A stretch of 64,000 nt of DNA, from positions 4,046 to 68,045 of the forward strand of contig JACPJN010000007.1 of NCBI GenBank assembly GCA_016187515.1, written 5' to 3'. The DNA is from Candidatus Uhrbacteria bacterium. GTDB taxonomy: Bacteria; Patescibacteriota; Patescibacteriia; GWA2-47-26. The notes under the pieces are model-generated. The model did not search any database and was not told where the DNA came from. It saw nothing but the letters and a program-made list of their open reading frames with translations. Position 1 is the first letter of the stretch. Each line of letters opens with the position of its first letter. The position numbers and the translations under genes were made by a program. Shown piece by piece: positions 47,643 through 56,776 of this stretch.

Positions 47643-48532
47643 TGTACTCCCAAATCACCTCCAATAAACGCAAAACCTGGCTGCTCATCATAATTTTCCT
47701 CGCCGTGGTGCTGGGGATTGGGTATTTGTATGACTATCTTTACGGCTATGGATCGGGTGGGCTGATTTTTGCCGCAGTGATTGCACTGGTTATGGCGCTT
47801 ACCGGCTACTACTCTGGCGATAAGCTGGCGCTTGCCGTCTCCGGCGCAAAGCCCGTAACCCGCGAACAAAACGCTTATCTTTGGCGCCTGGTAGAAAATC
47901 TTTGCATTTCTCAAGGTCTGCCTATGCCGCGGCTACACATTATTCAAGATAGCGCCATCAACGCGTTTGCCACTGGCCGGGATCCCAAACATGCTTCGGT
48001 AGCGGTAACCACCGGCGCGCTTGAAAAACTGGAAAACGAAGAACTGGAAGGCGTGCTCGCTCACGAACTTTCACACGTAAAAAATTATGACATCCGGGTC
48101 ATGACGATTGTGATTGTGCTGGTTGGCATTGTGGCGCTGGTTTCCGACTGGATGCTGCGCATGCATGTGTTTGGTTTAGGCGGACATCGTGGCGGCCGTG
48201 ATCGCGGCGTACACCCGCTCTTTCTGGTGGTCGGCATCATTCTTATGGTACTTGCTCCGCTGATCGCCCAGCTTATCAAACTCGCGGTCTCGCGCCGCCG
48301 CGAATATCTGGCCGATGCTTCCGGCGCGCTGATGACGCGCTATCCGGAAGGGCTGGCGCGCGCACTTCAAAAAATCGGCGCGCAAAAACAGCCAATGCTT
48401 CGCGCCAATGAAGCCACCGCGCACCTTTATATTGCCAACCCTTTTGGAAGCACACGCAAATGGCTTACCCAGGCCTTCTCGACCCACCCGCCAATTGAAG
48501 AACGCGTAAAAATTTTAAGACAAATGGCTTGA
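47643..48532 (+). CDS. htpX: M48-family zinc metalloprotease HtpX
   Basis: Start MYSQITSNKRKTWLL; HELSHV HExxH; TMs; ATG directly after TACGAAT palindromic element. Confidence 0.85.
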
Positions 48533-48533
48533 T

Positions 48534-49487
48534 ATGGCCGACGTAAGTAAGACCAAGGGTGCTCCGGGTGAGCCGGGAAAAAATGTAAAAAAAATCGGCG
48601 AAATTAAAATTACGGTTCCCCACCCCCCGGCCGGACTATCCCCACAAACGTCCAGTCCTGGTACAATGGAAAGCGGCCCCCCACCCCCAGAACCGCCCGC
48701 GCCCCAAAAACCCCCAGGCCAGCCCGGCCAAGGCGCTCGGCCGCCAGTACAGCCAGTTCAGCCCCTACCGCCGCCTCAAGGTCCCCGAGAAGGCCAAGGG
48801 CCTCCGGATAGCCAAGAGCAATCCGGTCCTGGTTCAACGCGTTCCCCAGGACCCCAACCCGGCCCAGCCCCGCAAGACCAACTCGAAATGCTGGCCGAAC
48901 TGGCGAGGCAAGAAGACGCCCAAAAAGAGAAATTGGGACAGCAAATCCAGAAGGACGAAAGCGCTGCCGGGCGCGCCCATCTTATCGAGCTCATTGCCCA
49001 GACCATTGTTAATGGTTTGGAATTCATTGATCGCCTGCTGAAACTGCTGGGGAATATCGCCAAACCCATCCCGGTCCTGGGTTGGATTATACAGATCCTT
49101 GTCTGGATCGCGCGCGGTATCGTAATTTTACTGAAGTTCATTCCCAACGGGGTGGCGAAGGGGGAACGCAAAGATGAAGATCGCCTGCGCAAACGCGCCT
49201 TAAAGTTGAGAAAAGAAGCGGGAATTAAATCTCCGCCCCCTCCGGATAATCCGCACGGGACCACCGAGATTCCCGCCGCAGGATTAATCGAGGAGGACGT
49301 GCGTTTCCCGGTGCTCAACCTGGTTCGTCCGGCCCCGGCTCCCCAACCCATCACCTTGCTGCCCGGACTTTTGAAAATAAACCCGCCGCTTTCCGGAATT
49401 TTAAAAATATTCATTATCGCCGGAGGGGCCGCGCTGCTGCTTATAAGTTTAGGCGGGCTGGTTACTTTCATGCAATCTCAATCCTAA
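48534..49487 (+). CDS. Pro-rich membrane protein (hypothetical)
   Basis: 317 aa; ~130-aa Pro/Gln/Gly-rich N-terminus, then TM helices. Confidence 0.45.
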   Translation: MADVSKTKGAPGEPGKNVKKIGEIKITVPHPPAGLSPQTSSPGTMESGPPPPEPPAPQKPPGQPGQGARPPVQPVQPLPPPQGPREGQGPPDSQEQSGPGSTRSPGPQPGPAPQDQLEMLAELARQEDAQKEKLGQQIQKDESAAGRAHLIELIAQTIVNGLEFIDRLLKLLGNIAKPIPVLGWIIQILVWIARGIVILLKFIPNGVAKGERKDEDRLRKRALKLRKEAGIKSPPPPDNPHGTTEIPAAGLIEEDVRFPVLNLVRPAPAPQPITLLPGLLKINPPLSGILKIFIIAGGAALLLISLGGLVTFMQSQS

Positions 49488-49499
49488 CCTCCAAACTGT

Positions 49500-50723
49500 A
49501 TGAGTCAACGTCTTAAACGCATCCTCGCGATTGCCGGATTCGTGGTGATCATCCTGTTAATCGGATTTCTGCTTTGGCGGGTGTTTTATCGCCCAATTTT
49601 TACGCCTGCCCCGCCCGGCGCTGCCCCGCTGGTCTTGCCGGAGGATAGCAAAGGATTGCCGACCGCGCCTCCGGCCCGCCCGCGCGCTCCGCTTGCTCCC
49701 GGCGTCCCGGGTACTCAAGAGGCGCCATCCCGGATTGCCGCCGGCGGAGTAACCGCGGTACAAACTCTAGCGGATACCGCGGTGCTAGCCCCCGCGCTGG
49801 CCCCGCAAGGAGAAGCCATTCAATACTACAATCGCGAAGATGGTAAATTCTATCGCGTTTCCGTAGACGGCCGCATAGAGGCCATTTCCGACAAGGTCTT
49901 TTTTAACGTCTCCAAAGTAATCTGGGCGCCCGACCGGAAAAAATCCATTTTGGAATATCCGGATGGCGCGAACATTCTTTACGATTTTGAAACCAAACGC
50001 CAAGTCACCTTGCCGCCGCATTGGGAATCCTTCAGTTTTTCAACCTCTTCGGATCAAATCGCGTTTCTATCTTTAGGCCTGGATCGCGATCACCGCTGGC
50101 TCGGGATCTCTTCCGCCGACGGCTCGCAAAGTAAGCCAATTGAACCCTTGGGCGACAACGCTGCCAAAGTTCAGGTAGAATGGTCGCCCAACAATCAGAT
50201 GATCGCGCTTTCCTCAACCGGACTGACCGCCGCGATCGGTGAGCAGGAAATTCTGCCCATTGGTCTGCATGGCGAGAATTTCCATTCCCTCTTGGTCAAT
50301 GGGATTGGATTCCGCGCGCGCTGGTCGCCCGACGGCGAGCGGATTCTTTATAGCGTCAGTTCCTTCCAAAATGATTGGAAGCCCGAGCTCTGGATTGTCC
50401 GCGGCGCCCCGAGTCAGATCGGCGCCGGGAAAATTCCGGTTGGCTTAAATACCTGGGCGGACAAATGCGCCTTTGGAGGCGCTCAAACCGTTTACTGCGC
50501 GGTTCCAAAAAACCTGCCGCGCGGGGCGGGGTTGTATCCTTTGGCCGCGGAAAACGCGCCGGATGAGCTTTGGAAAATCAATCTTGTAAGCGGCGCTCGC
50601 GAAAAAATCGCGATTCCCACCCAAGATATTACCATGCAATCCCTGGTTGTAACCGGGCAAGAAAACGCGCTTTACTTTACCGACCAGGTCTCCGGCCGAC
50701 TGTACAAAATTGATTTAAAGTAA
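49500..50723 (+). CDS. membrane-anchored beta-propeller (TolB/PD40-like) protein
   Basis: N-terminal TM; repeated WSPD/WAPD blades (VEWSPNNQM, ARWSPDGER, VIWAPDRKK). Confidence 0.55.
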   Translation: MSQRLKRILAIAGFVVIILLIGFLLWRVFYRPIFTPAPPGAAPLVLPEDSKGLPTAPPARPRAPLAPGVPGTQEAPSRIAAGGVTAVQTLADTAVLAPALAPQGEAIQYYNREDGKFYRVSVDGRIEAISDKVFFNVSKVIWAPDRKKSILEYPDGANILYDFETKRQVTLPPHWESFSFSTSSDQIAFLSLGLDRDHRWLGISSADGSQSKPIEPLGDNAAKVQVEWSPNNQMIALSSTGLTAAIGEQEILPIGLHGENFHSLLVNGIGFRARWSPDGERILYSVSSFQNDWKPELWIVRGAPSQIGAGKIPVGLNTWADKCAFGGAQTVYCAVPKNLPRGAGLYPLAAENAPDELWKINLVSGAREKIAIPTQDITMQSLVVTGQENALYFTDQVSGRLYKIDLK

Positions 50724-50812
50724 ATCAAGTAAAGCAGGTAAATCAGGTAAATCAAGCTGGCAAAAACTTGATTTACTTGTCTCGCTTGTCTCGCTCAATT
50801 TATTCAATCGCC

Positions 50813-51481
50813 ATGCGTACCACCCCCTACATCCTGATCGTACTTTTGGCGCTTTTGGCTGCCGCGTTTGTCGGATTTTTGGCCTACTATTCTTATCGCC
50901 CATTTACACCCGAAGCGCCGCCAGCCCCGTTGGCCGCGGAACAAATTACAGCCACCGCCGCGCCTGCCAAACCTTTTATCGCCGGCACTGATCCGGTCTA
51001 CGGCGATCAATCCGCGGAAATCACGATTGTGGAGTTTGGAGATTTTATGTGTCCGGCTTGCGCCGAGGTAAACGCTACGCTCTACGCTGTACTGAACGAA
51101 TTTAAAGGAAAGGTTCGGCTGGTTTGGAAAGATCTGCCCAATACGTCCCGCCATTTTCTTGCCCTAGATGCGGCCAAAGCCGCTCGCTGCGCGCAAGAGC
51201 AAGGCGCGTTTTGGCCATATCACGATTTGCTCCTGGCCCGCCAGAGCGAACTAAATGCCGAACTGCTCCCGAGGATCGCCCAGCAATTGCAGCTTAAGGT
51301 GGGGGACTTTTCCGCCTGCCTGGCCTCGGACCGATCGGTTGGTCTTATTGAGCGCTCCAAAAACGAGGCGCTTCTGCTCCAAGTTGACGCCACGCCATAC
51401 TTTTTTATCGGCGAGCGACGGATTTCAGGAGCAGTAAGCCCGGAAACCCTTCGACAAATCCTGGATGCAAATCTCAAATAG
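50813..51481 (+). CDS. DsbA/BdbD-like thiol:disulfide oxidoreductase, membrane-anchored
   Basis: N-terminal TM; CPAC active site (FGDFMCPACAEV); thioredoxin fold length. Confidence 0.7.
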   Translation: MRTTPYILIVLLALLAAAFVGFLAYYSYRPFTPEAPPAPLAAEQITATAAPAKPFIAGTDPVYGDQSAEITIVEFGDFMCPACAEVNATLYAVLNEFKGKVRLVWKDLPNTSRHFLALDAAKAARCAQEQGAFWPYHDLLLARQSELNAELLPRIAQQLQLKVGDFSACLASDRSVGLIERSKNEALLLQVDATPYFFIGERRISGAVSPETLRQILDANLK

Positions 51482-51482
51482 T

Positions 51483-52790
51483 ATGAGGCGTCTAATCGTC
51501 TTCTCAATTTTTAATCTCCTGCTAATGGTACCGGCAACAGTACACGCAGTGGGCTCGTGCGCCACATTGCAAAATGCGCTCATTGAACAATGGAGAGCAG
51601 TATGTGCCGTCGGTCTTTATGAGGGCAGCACGCTTAATTCAAATTTCTGCGACAACATTACCGATCCTGATCGCCATCTCAATATGTGTCGCAGAGATGA
51701 TGTAAATAGACGGTGTGTGGCGCGCGATTCAGCTATTGTAAGCTTGTGTAATTATGGTCGTAGCCAAGGAATCTGTGCAGGCCTTTGCGCTCAAGATATA
51801 ACTATTCCAGAAACAGTCCCCCCGCCCGGACCCACCGAACCGGAGTTGGCCGCCGAAGGAGTCATCCTCCCGCGCCTGCAGATTGATATTCCCACCCTGC
51901 AACCGTTTACTCGTCCGCGCACCTATCAAGAAGGCGAACAAGTATTTCTAGACATTGGTTTTATTGGCCAATATATTGTCGGGCTTTACCAATATCTGGT
52001 GGGCATTGTCGGGATTTTAGCCGGAGTCATCTATACCTGGGCCGGATTCCGCTGGCTGACCTCCGGCGGCGATCCGGAAAAAATCGGCGATGCCAAGAAA
52101 AAAATCGCCGGAGCCACCATGGGACTCGTGCTGGTACTCGGCTCCTATCTCGTGCTTTATCTGGTAAACCCCGCATTAACGGTCTTTGAACCGCTGCGAA
52201 TTGAGTATGTAAAACGGATTCCACTGGAGACCCCGGAAGAATCGGACAACTCCTTTGATGCCGCGGCCGCGACGTTATGCCCAGGCGCCAATGAGTTCCA
52301 ACCCGTACCGCGCACCGCGACTAACCTCGGATTGCGAACCGGGAAAGATCTGCTTATACCGGAGGCCGGACAAAAACTGCTGGAGGCCGCGCGCATTGCG
52401 GATGAGCGCGGCTATGGCCTGTGGGTCTGCTCGGCTGGGCGCACTCTTCAACAACAACAAGCACTTTGGGATAGCGCCTTACGGCAGCACGGCAGTGAAG
52501 AGGTGGCTCGCCGATATGTGGCGCAACCGCGCTGCGGCGCGCCGCATTTAACCGGCCGTACCGTGGATATAACCTTATGGACCAAAGATCTTGCCCAACC
52601 AGTAACCGGCGACGGCTGCACTAGAAGAAATGTCAGCGCCGCAAATGCCGCGCAAACCACGGCACAGCAGCGCGTACTTCAAGAAATAATGTTTACCGCC
52701 GGATGGCGCCGCTACTGTGGCGAATGGTGGCACTTTGAGTTTGGCACTCCCCGTGCGCAGCGTGCCGGAAGCAGCCCCTGCGCAAATTAA
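51483..52790 (+). CDS. fusion: Cys-rich secreted N-domain + two-TM pilin-like segment + C-terminal peptidase M15 (VanY-like D,D-carboxypeptidase) domain
   Basis: Signal peptide MRRLIVFSIFNLLLMVPATVHA; two TM helices YIVGLYQYLVGIVGILAGVIY...ATMGLVLVLGSYLVLYLV around a charged loop (VirB2/TrbC-like topology, inference); LAS/M15 motifs H-x6-D (PHLTGRTVDI) and EWWHFE. Confidence 0.55.
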   Translation: MRRLIVFSIFNLLLMVPATVHAVGSCATLQNALIEQWRAVCAVGLYEGSTLNSNFCDNITDPDRHLNMCRRDDVNRRCVARDSAIVSLCNYGRSQGICAGLCAQDITIPETVPPPGPTEPELAAEGVILPRLQIDIPTLQPFTRPRTYQEGEQVFLDIGFIGQYIVGLYQYLVGIVGILAGVIYTWAGFRWLTSGGDPEKIGDAKKKIAGATMGLVLVLGSYLVLYLVNPALTVFEPLRIEYVKRIPLETPEESDNSFDAAAATLCPGANEFQPVPRTATNLGLRTGKDLLIPEAGQKLLEAARIADERGYGLWVCSAGRTLQQQQALWDSALRQHGSEEVARRYVAQPRCGAPHLTGRTVDITLWTKDLAQPVTGDGCTRRNVSAANAAQTTAQQRVLQEIMFTAGWRRYCGEWWHFEFGTPRAQRAGSSPCAN

Positions 52791-52961
52791 AAAACCCCGG
52801 CGCGGAGGTCATGGACCGTTTTGGTCGCTCCGGCCAGGGGTACTGCTGGTTCACGCGCACTTACCGCGCGCGTTTTCTTCGGCTTGCTCGAAGGCAAGCC
52901 GGCGCAACCTATCCGCGAAGATCCGCGTACACGTTGCGTTATGGTGAGCTAGCGAGGTCCG

Positions 52962-53249
52962 CTAGCTGAAGAGGGACGGCCTTCCCGCGGGCCGCGCCAG
53001 GGCCGGGTACCGGCCGCTGCGCAGCGCCGAGCCGAGCCACGGACGCCCGGTGGCGCGCCGGTAGGCCTCGCCGGCCTCCAAGCCGCCCCGCGTGAGGCGC
53101 TCGTAGATCCCCACCTCACTGCCCGTCATGCCGGAGCAGACGGCCTTGTCGCGATGCACGACCGTTCCGTCCGGCAACTGGAGCTGATTGGCCGGCTCCA
53201 GCCGCAGGTGGCAGCCGGGGCAGCCCTCCTCGCCATTTCCCCTGATCAT
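52962..53249 (-). CDS. small Cys-containing protein in ~70 % GC island (hypothetical)
   Basis: Start MIRGNGEEGCPGCHL after purine-rich SD AAGGAAGAGGAAAGGAAAG; local GC far above window average. Confidence 0.35.
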   Translation of the reverse strand: MIRGNGEEGCPGCHLRLEPANQLQLPDGTVVHRDKAVCSGMTGSEVGIYERLTRGGLEAGEAYRRATGRPWLGSALRSGRYPALARPAGRPSLFS

Positions 53250-53556
53250 GGTCTTTCCTTTCCTCTTCCTTTGTTTGACTGCTTTCCCCCTTCTCACGCG
53301 GCAAGCGCAGTCCGGGCTTTTCCGCGTGTTTTTTGCGCGCCTTTTTTTGAATTAGCCAAAGCCCTCCTTTGGTTTTGCTGCGGCGCGAGCGTGAAATTGA
53401 CTCTCCCGAATACTGAAGTTAACAGGGATGGCAGCCCTGCACCCCTAAAGTATTCAATCAATTTCCGTGCTCACGATCTCCCGCGCCAAGCGTGAAAAAG
53501 CGCGAATACGGAAAAGTTGAACCTATTCTACAATAGACGATTAAAATTGTCAATAC

Positions 53557-55953
53557 TTACTCCAAATGCGCCTTTCCTTCTTTTTGCATAATCTCGGCCC
53601 GTAATTGTGGATAACTGCGCAACTCCGGATCCTGGGCAAGCAACTCCTGTGCGGCCGCTTTGGCCGCTTTGGCAATCTCGACATCCGCAAAAGAGGCAAT
53701 TTTGAACTCCGGGAACCCGGACTGGGCGGTTCCGCTATAGATTTCCCCTGGGCCGCGCAGTGCTAAGTCGCGCTCGGCCAGCTCAAAACCGTTGTCACAC
53801 TCTAAAAACGCCTTAAGGCGTGCCGGACCCCTCCTCACCTCCCCTTCTCCTCCCGAGGCGGATCCGCCTTGGGCGGAAAAAGGGGAGGAAATTTCCCCCC
53901 CTGCCCGAGGGGGGGTTCGGGGGGGTGGGAGATCATCCACCATCAGCAAACAATACGATTGCGCCTCTCCGCGCCCGACTCTACCCCTAAATTGATGCAG
54001 TTGTGCCAAACCAAAATTCTGTACCCCTTCGATCACCATGACGGTAGCATTCGGAACATCAATGCCCACCTCAATCACGGGAGTGGCCACCAGGATATCA
54101 ATCCTGCTCATTTTGTCATTCTGAGCCGGAGGCGAAGAATCCCGTCCACCACGAGAATCACGGGATCCCTCGCTTGCGCTCGGGATGACAGAAGCGAATT
54201 CCTCCATCACTTTCTCGCGTTCTTTGCTCTTCATCCGGCCATGCAAAAGTCCTACGTGCAAATCTGGGAATATGTCATTTTTCAAATGCTCAAACACTTC
54301 GGTGGCGGCTTTGACTCCTAGGGTGTCGGAGGGATCAATAATCGGACAAGTCCAAAATACCTGATGGCCGGCGGCAACTTGCCCGCGCACAAAGTCATGA
54401 GCTTGTTCGCGGGACCAGACCGCATCCTCACCCTGCCCCCCTCCCCTAACCCCTCCCACCAAGGGAGGGGGATTTGTTTTTACTCCCTCTCCCCTTGTGG
54501 GAGAGGGCGGGGGTGAGGGGTGGTCCGCCACCAAAATCGTCTCAATCCTCTGCCTCCCTTTCGGCATTTCTTTGAGCACCGAGATATCCAAATCGCCATA
54601 AAACACGAGCGCTAAACTGCGCGGAATTGGCGTGGCGGTCAGCGTGAGCAAATGCGGCATCAGACCGTCGCCGCGTTTTTCTTTAAGCGCCGCGCGCTGG
54701 GAAACCCCAAACCGATGCTGTTCATCCACAACCGCGAGCACCAGATTTTTAAACTTCACGCCGCCCTGGATTAGCGCGTGGGTGCCAACGATTACATCCG
54801 CCTCGATCAGTTGCTTCTTTCTTTTCTCCTCTCCGATGCGCAAAGCAATCGTAATTCCCTGCGGTTCCAGAAATTTTGAAAATGTCTTAAAATGTTGGCG
54901 CGCCAAAATCTCGGTCGGCGCCATAATCGCCACTTGCCCCCTCGACGCTAGACCCTCGACGCTAGACCCTAAAACGGCATTGAGCGCCGCAATCGCCACC
55001 ACCACGGTTTTCCCCGATCCCACCTCTCCTTCCAGGAGACGATTCATAGGGTGAACGAATTGAACTGAACTACCGTTGTTTAGTTGTTGAGTTGTTCGGT
55101 TGTTCAGTTCTTTGCGGCCACTCATATCGCAAAGAATCTCCCACGCGGCCTTGCGCTGATCATCAGTCAACTGGAACGGAAGTCCTTCCACGAACTTTTT
55201 AGTCACCGCTTCGTGAAATTCTACCTCGGGCGCCGAAATTTTTTTCAGCTCGCGCTTGAGGGACACCGCGAATAATTGCAAACGCAGTAATTCATCAAAC
55301 TTCAGCCGCCGGCGGGCCTCCTCCAGCTTGGCTTCATCCGGCGGGAAATGTATCGCGGTAAGCGCCTGCGGAAGGTGGGTCAACCCATAGCGATCCTTAA
55401 TCGCAACCGGAAGCGGATCCGGCACGCTTCGCGCAAGCGGAAGCGCCTGACGCACTAAAAACCGGATCTGCTTTTGCGATAACTTTTCAGTGGAGGGATA
55501 GACCGGCACCAGCCGCGCCGCATGCGTCGCGGGGCGTTTACTCACCTTCTCATACATCGGCGAGGAAAGATAAAGTCCGCTCCCTTCATCTTTCGCGTAC
55601 CCGACGAGATAAACTTCATCGCCGGATTTAAACATTTTCGCGACCCACGGCTGATTAAACCAAACCACGCGTACCGACCCGGTCCCGTCCCCCACCACGG
55701 CCTGGGTAAGCAGCTTGCGTTTCCACTTGCTTCGCGCGCTTTCAATCAGCTCCACTCTCCCGCGCACCACCACCCGCTCCCCGGGACGCACCGCTTTTAT
55801 TTCCGTCAGGCGAGAAAGATCGTCCCAGCGCGAGGGAAAATAAAAAAGAAGGTCCTGGGCGGTAAGGACCCCAAGGTGACGTAACTGGGAGGCAACTTTC
55901 GCGCCAATATGGGACAGTTCCGTGACAGGACTTGATAATATAGCCCGGATCAT
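53557..55953 (-). CDS. recG: ATP-dependent DNA helicase RecG with multiple in-frame repeat insertions
   Basis: 798 aa; wedge/OB N-domain, helicase motifs (GSGKT, DEQHRFG, TATPIPR), C-terminal domain; inserts from REP elements at 53828-53932 and 54428-54522, a second hairpin element at 54100-54190, and tandem repeats at 55060-55110. Confidence 0.9.
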   Translation of the reverse strand: MIRAILSSPVTELSHIGAKVASQLRHLGVLTAQDLLFYFPSRWDDLSRLTEIKAVRPGERVVVRGRVELIESARSKWKRKLLTQAVVGDGTGSVRVVWFNQPWVAKMFKSGDEVYLVGYAKDEGSGLYLSSPMYEKVSKRPATHAARLVPVYPSTEKLSQKQIRFLVRQALPLARSVPDPLPVAIKDRYGLTHLPQALTAIHFPPDEAKLEEARRRLKFDELLRLQLFAVSLKRELKKISAPEVEFHEAVTKKFVEGLPFQLTDDQRKAAWEILCDMSGRKELNNRTTQQLNNGSSVQFVHPMNRLLEGEVGSGKTVVVAIAALNAVLGSSVEGLASRGQVAIMAPTEILARQHFKTFSKFLEPQGITIALRIGEEKRKKQLIEADVIVGTHALIQGGVKFKNLVLAVVDEQHRFGVSQRAALKEKRGDGLMPHLLTLTATPIPRSLALVFYGDLDISVLKEMPKGRQRIETILVADHPSPPPSPTRGEGVKTNPPPLVGGVRGGGQGEDAVWSREQAHDFVRGQVAAGHQVFWTCPIIDPSDTLGVKAATEVFEHLKNDIFPDLHVGLLHGRMKSKEREKVMEEFASVIPSASEGSRDSRGGRDSSPPAQNDKMSRIDILVATPVIEVGIDVPNATVMVIEGVQNFGLAQLHQFRGRVGRGEAQSYCLLMVDDLPPPRTPPRAGGEISSPFSAQGGSASGGEGEVRRGPARLKAFLECDNGFELAERDLALRGPGEIYSGTAQSGFPEFKIASFADVEIAKAAKAAAQELLAQDPELRSYPQLRAEIMQKEGKAHLE

Positions 55954-55985
55954 GTAGAATAACTTCTAATGGTGTTCCAAACTTT

Positions 55986-56057
55986 GCCCCTGTAGTTCAA
56001 TGGATCGAATGCAAGATTGCGGATCTTGTGATCCAGGTTCGATTCCTGGCGGGGGCA
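55986..56057 (+). tRNA. tRNA-Arg (anticodon GCG), no encoded CCA
   Basis: 7-bp acceptor gcccctg/cgggggc with one U.G pair; anticodon stem caaga/tcttg, loop ttGCGga; T-arm ccagg-ttcgatt-cctgg; acceptor extended by tgttccaaacttt / agagtttggaaca. Confidence 0.6.
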
Positions 56058-56258
56058 GAGTTTGGAACAGCATGTCCCGATCGCGATCGGGATGATCTAG
56101 GTTCTGCGCCAAAGGCGCATCCGCCTCAGGCGGAGATTCCTGGCGGGGGCAGAGTTTGGAACGGCATGTCCCGATCGCGATCGGGATGATCTAGGTTCTG
56201 CGCCAAAGGCGCATCCGCCTCAGGCGGAGATTCCTGGCGGGGGCAGAGTTTGGAACAG
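56058..56258 (+). repeat. tandem 94-bp direct repeats (2 units + partial) each ending in the last 17 nt of the tRNA
   Basis: gattcctggcgggggca at 56041, 56135, 56229 (period 94); unit contains palindrome cccgatcgcgatcggg and two short hairpins. Confidence 0.8.
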
Positions 56259-56259
56259 A

Positions 56260-56751
56260 TTAGATTCTTAACATCCGGGCCAGCCAGTCGGAGATCGGCT
56301 CTTCGGTTTTGGAAGTATCCTCGCGGACCAGTCCGCGCAAAATCGCGCGGATACTATCGGGGTTAATCTCGCCAAGCGGGATTGGCAAACGCGGCCGCAA
56401 TCCTCCAAATTCAAAATAAAGCGTTTTTACCGCGGGCGGGGCATCCACCACCCAAAAATGATCTATATCTTTCCAGGGATAAAAACGCTCTCCCAGAGCA
56501 ATGCCGCGCTGCGCGATAATAAACCGATAGGCCCGCGGAGGCCGTAAACTGTGGGTCGCGAAAATAATGCCAAACATTATAACAATGAACGCGAAGAGAA
56601 AATTGCGGCTGCTCACGGCATAAATCAGCAAAAGTATCCCCACCGCTGCCGCCGCGATCGCCCAAGCCAATCCGCGGGCATGCTGATGATATTCCCGGAT
56701 TTCCCAGGAAAGTAACTCCGGCCCGTAATTACCCGTATTTGCTGTGGTCAT
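56260..56751 (-). CDS. membrane protein with PH-like C-terminal domain (hypothetical)
   Basis: 163 aa; two TM helices then soluble domain. Confidence 0.4.
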   Translation of the reverse strand: MTTANTGNYGPELLSWEIREYHQHARGLAWAIAAAAVGILLLIYAVSSRNFLFAFIVIMFGIIFATHSLRPPRAYRFIIAQRGIALGERFYPWKDIDHFWVVDAPPAVKTLYFEFGGLRPRLPIPLGEINPDSIRAILRGLVREDTSKTEEPISDWLARMLRI

Positions 56752-56776
56752 AGGCAGTATTTTAAGTATACCACAT

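Noticed and set aside
46950-47693. Plus-strand 247-aa ORF (Gly/Asp/Glu-rich) and minus 47039..47392 Pro-rich ORF over the simple-sequence tract
   Set aside because: All frames are open across the (GGY)n repeat. The minus-strand frame 46914..47525 was preferred because it has a consensus promoter and a signal/TM start, but this remains uncertain.
56058-56258. Possible CRISPR array (regular direct repeats)
   Set aside because: Only two and a half units. The units are 94 bp and nearly identical throughout with no unique spacers. Each ends in the tRNA 3' end. No cas genes.
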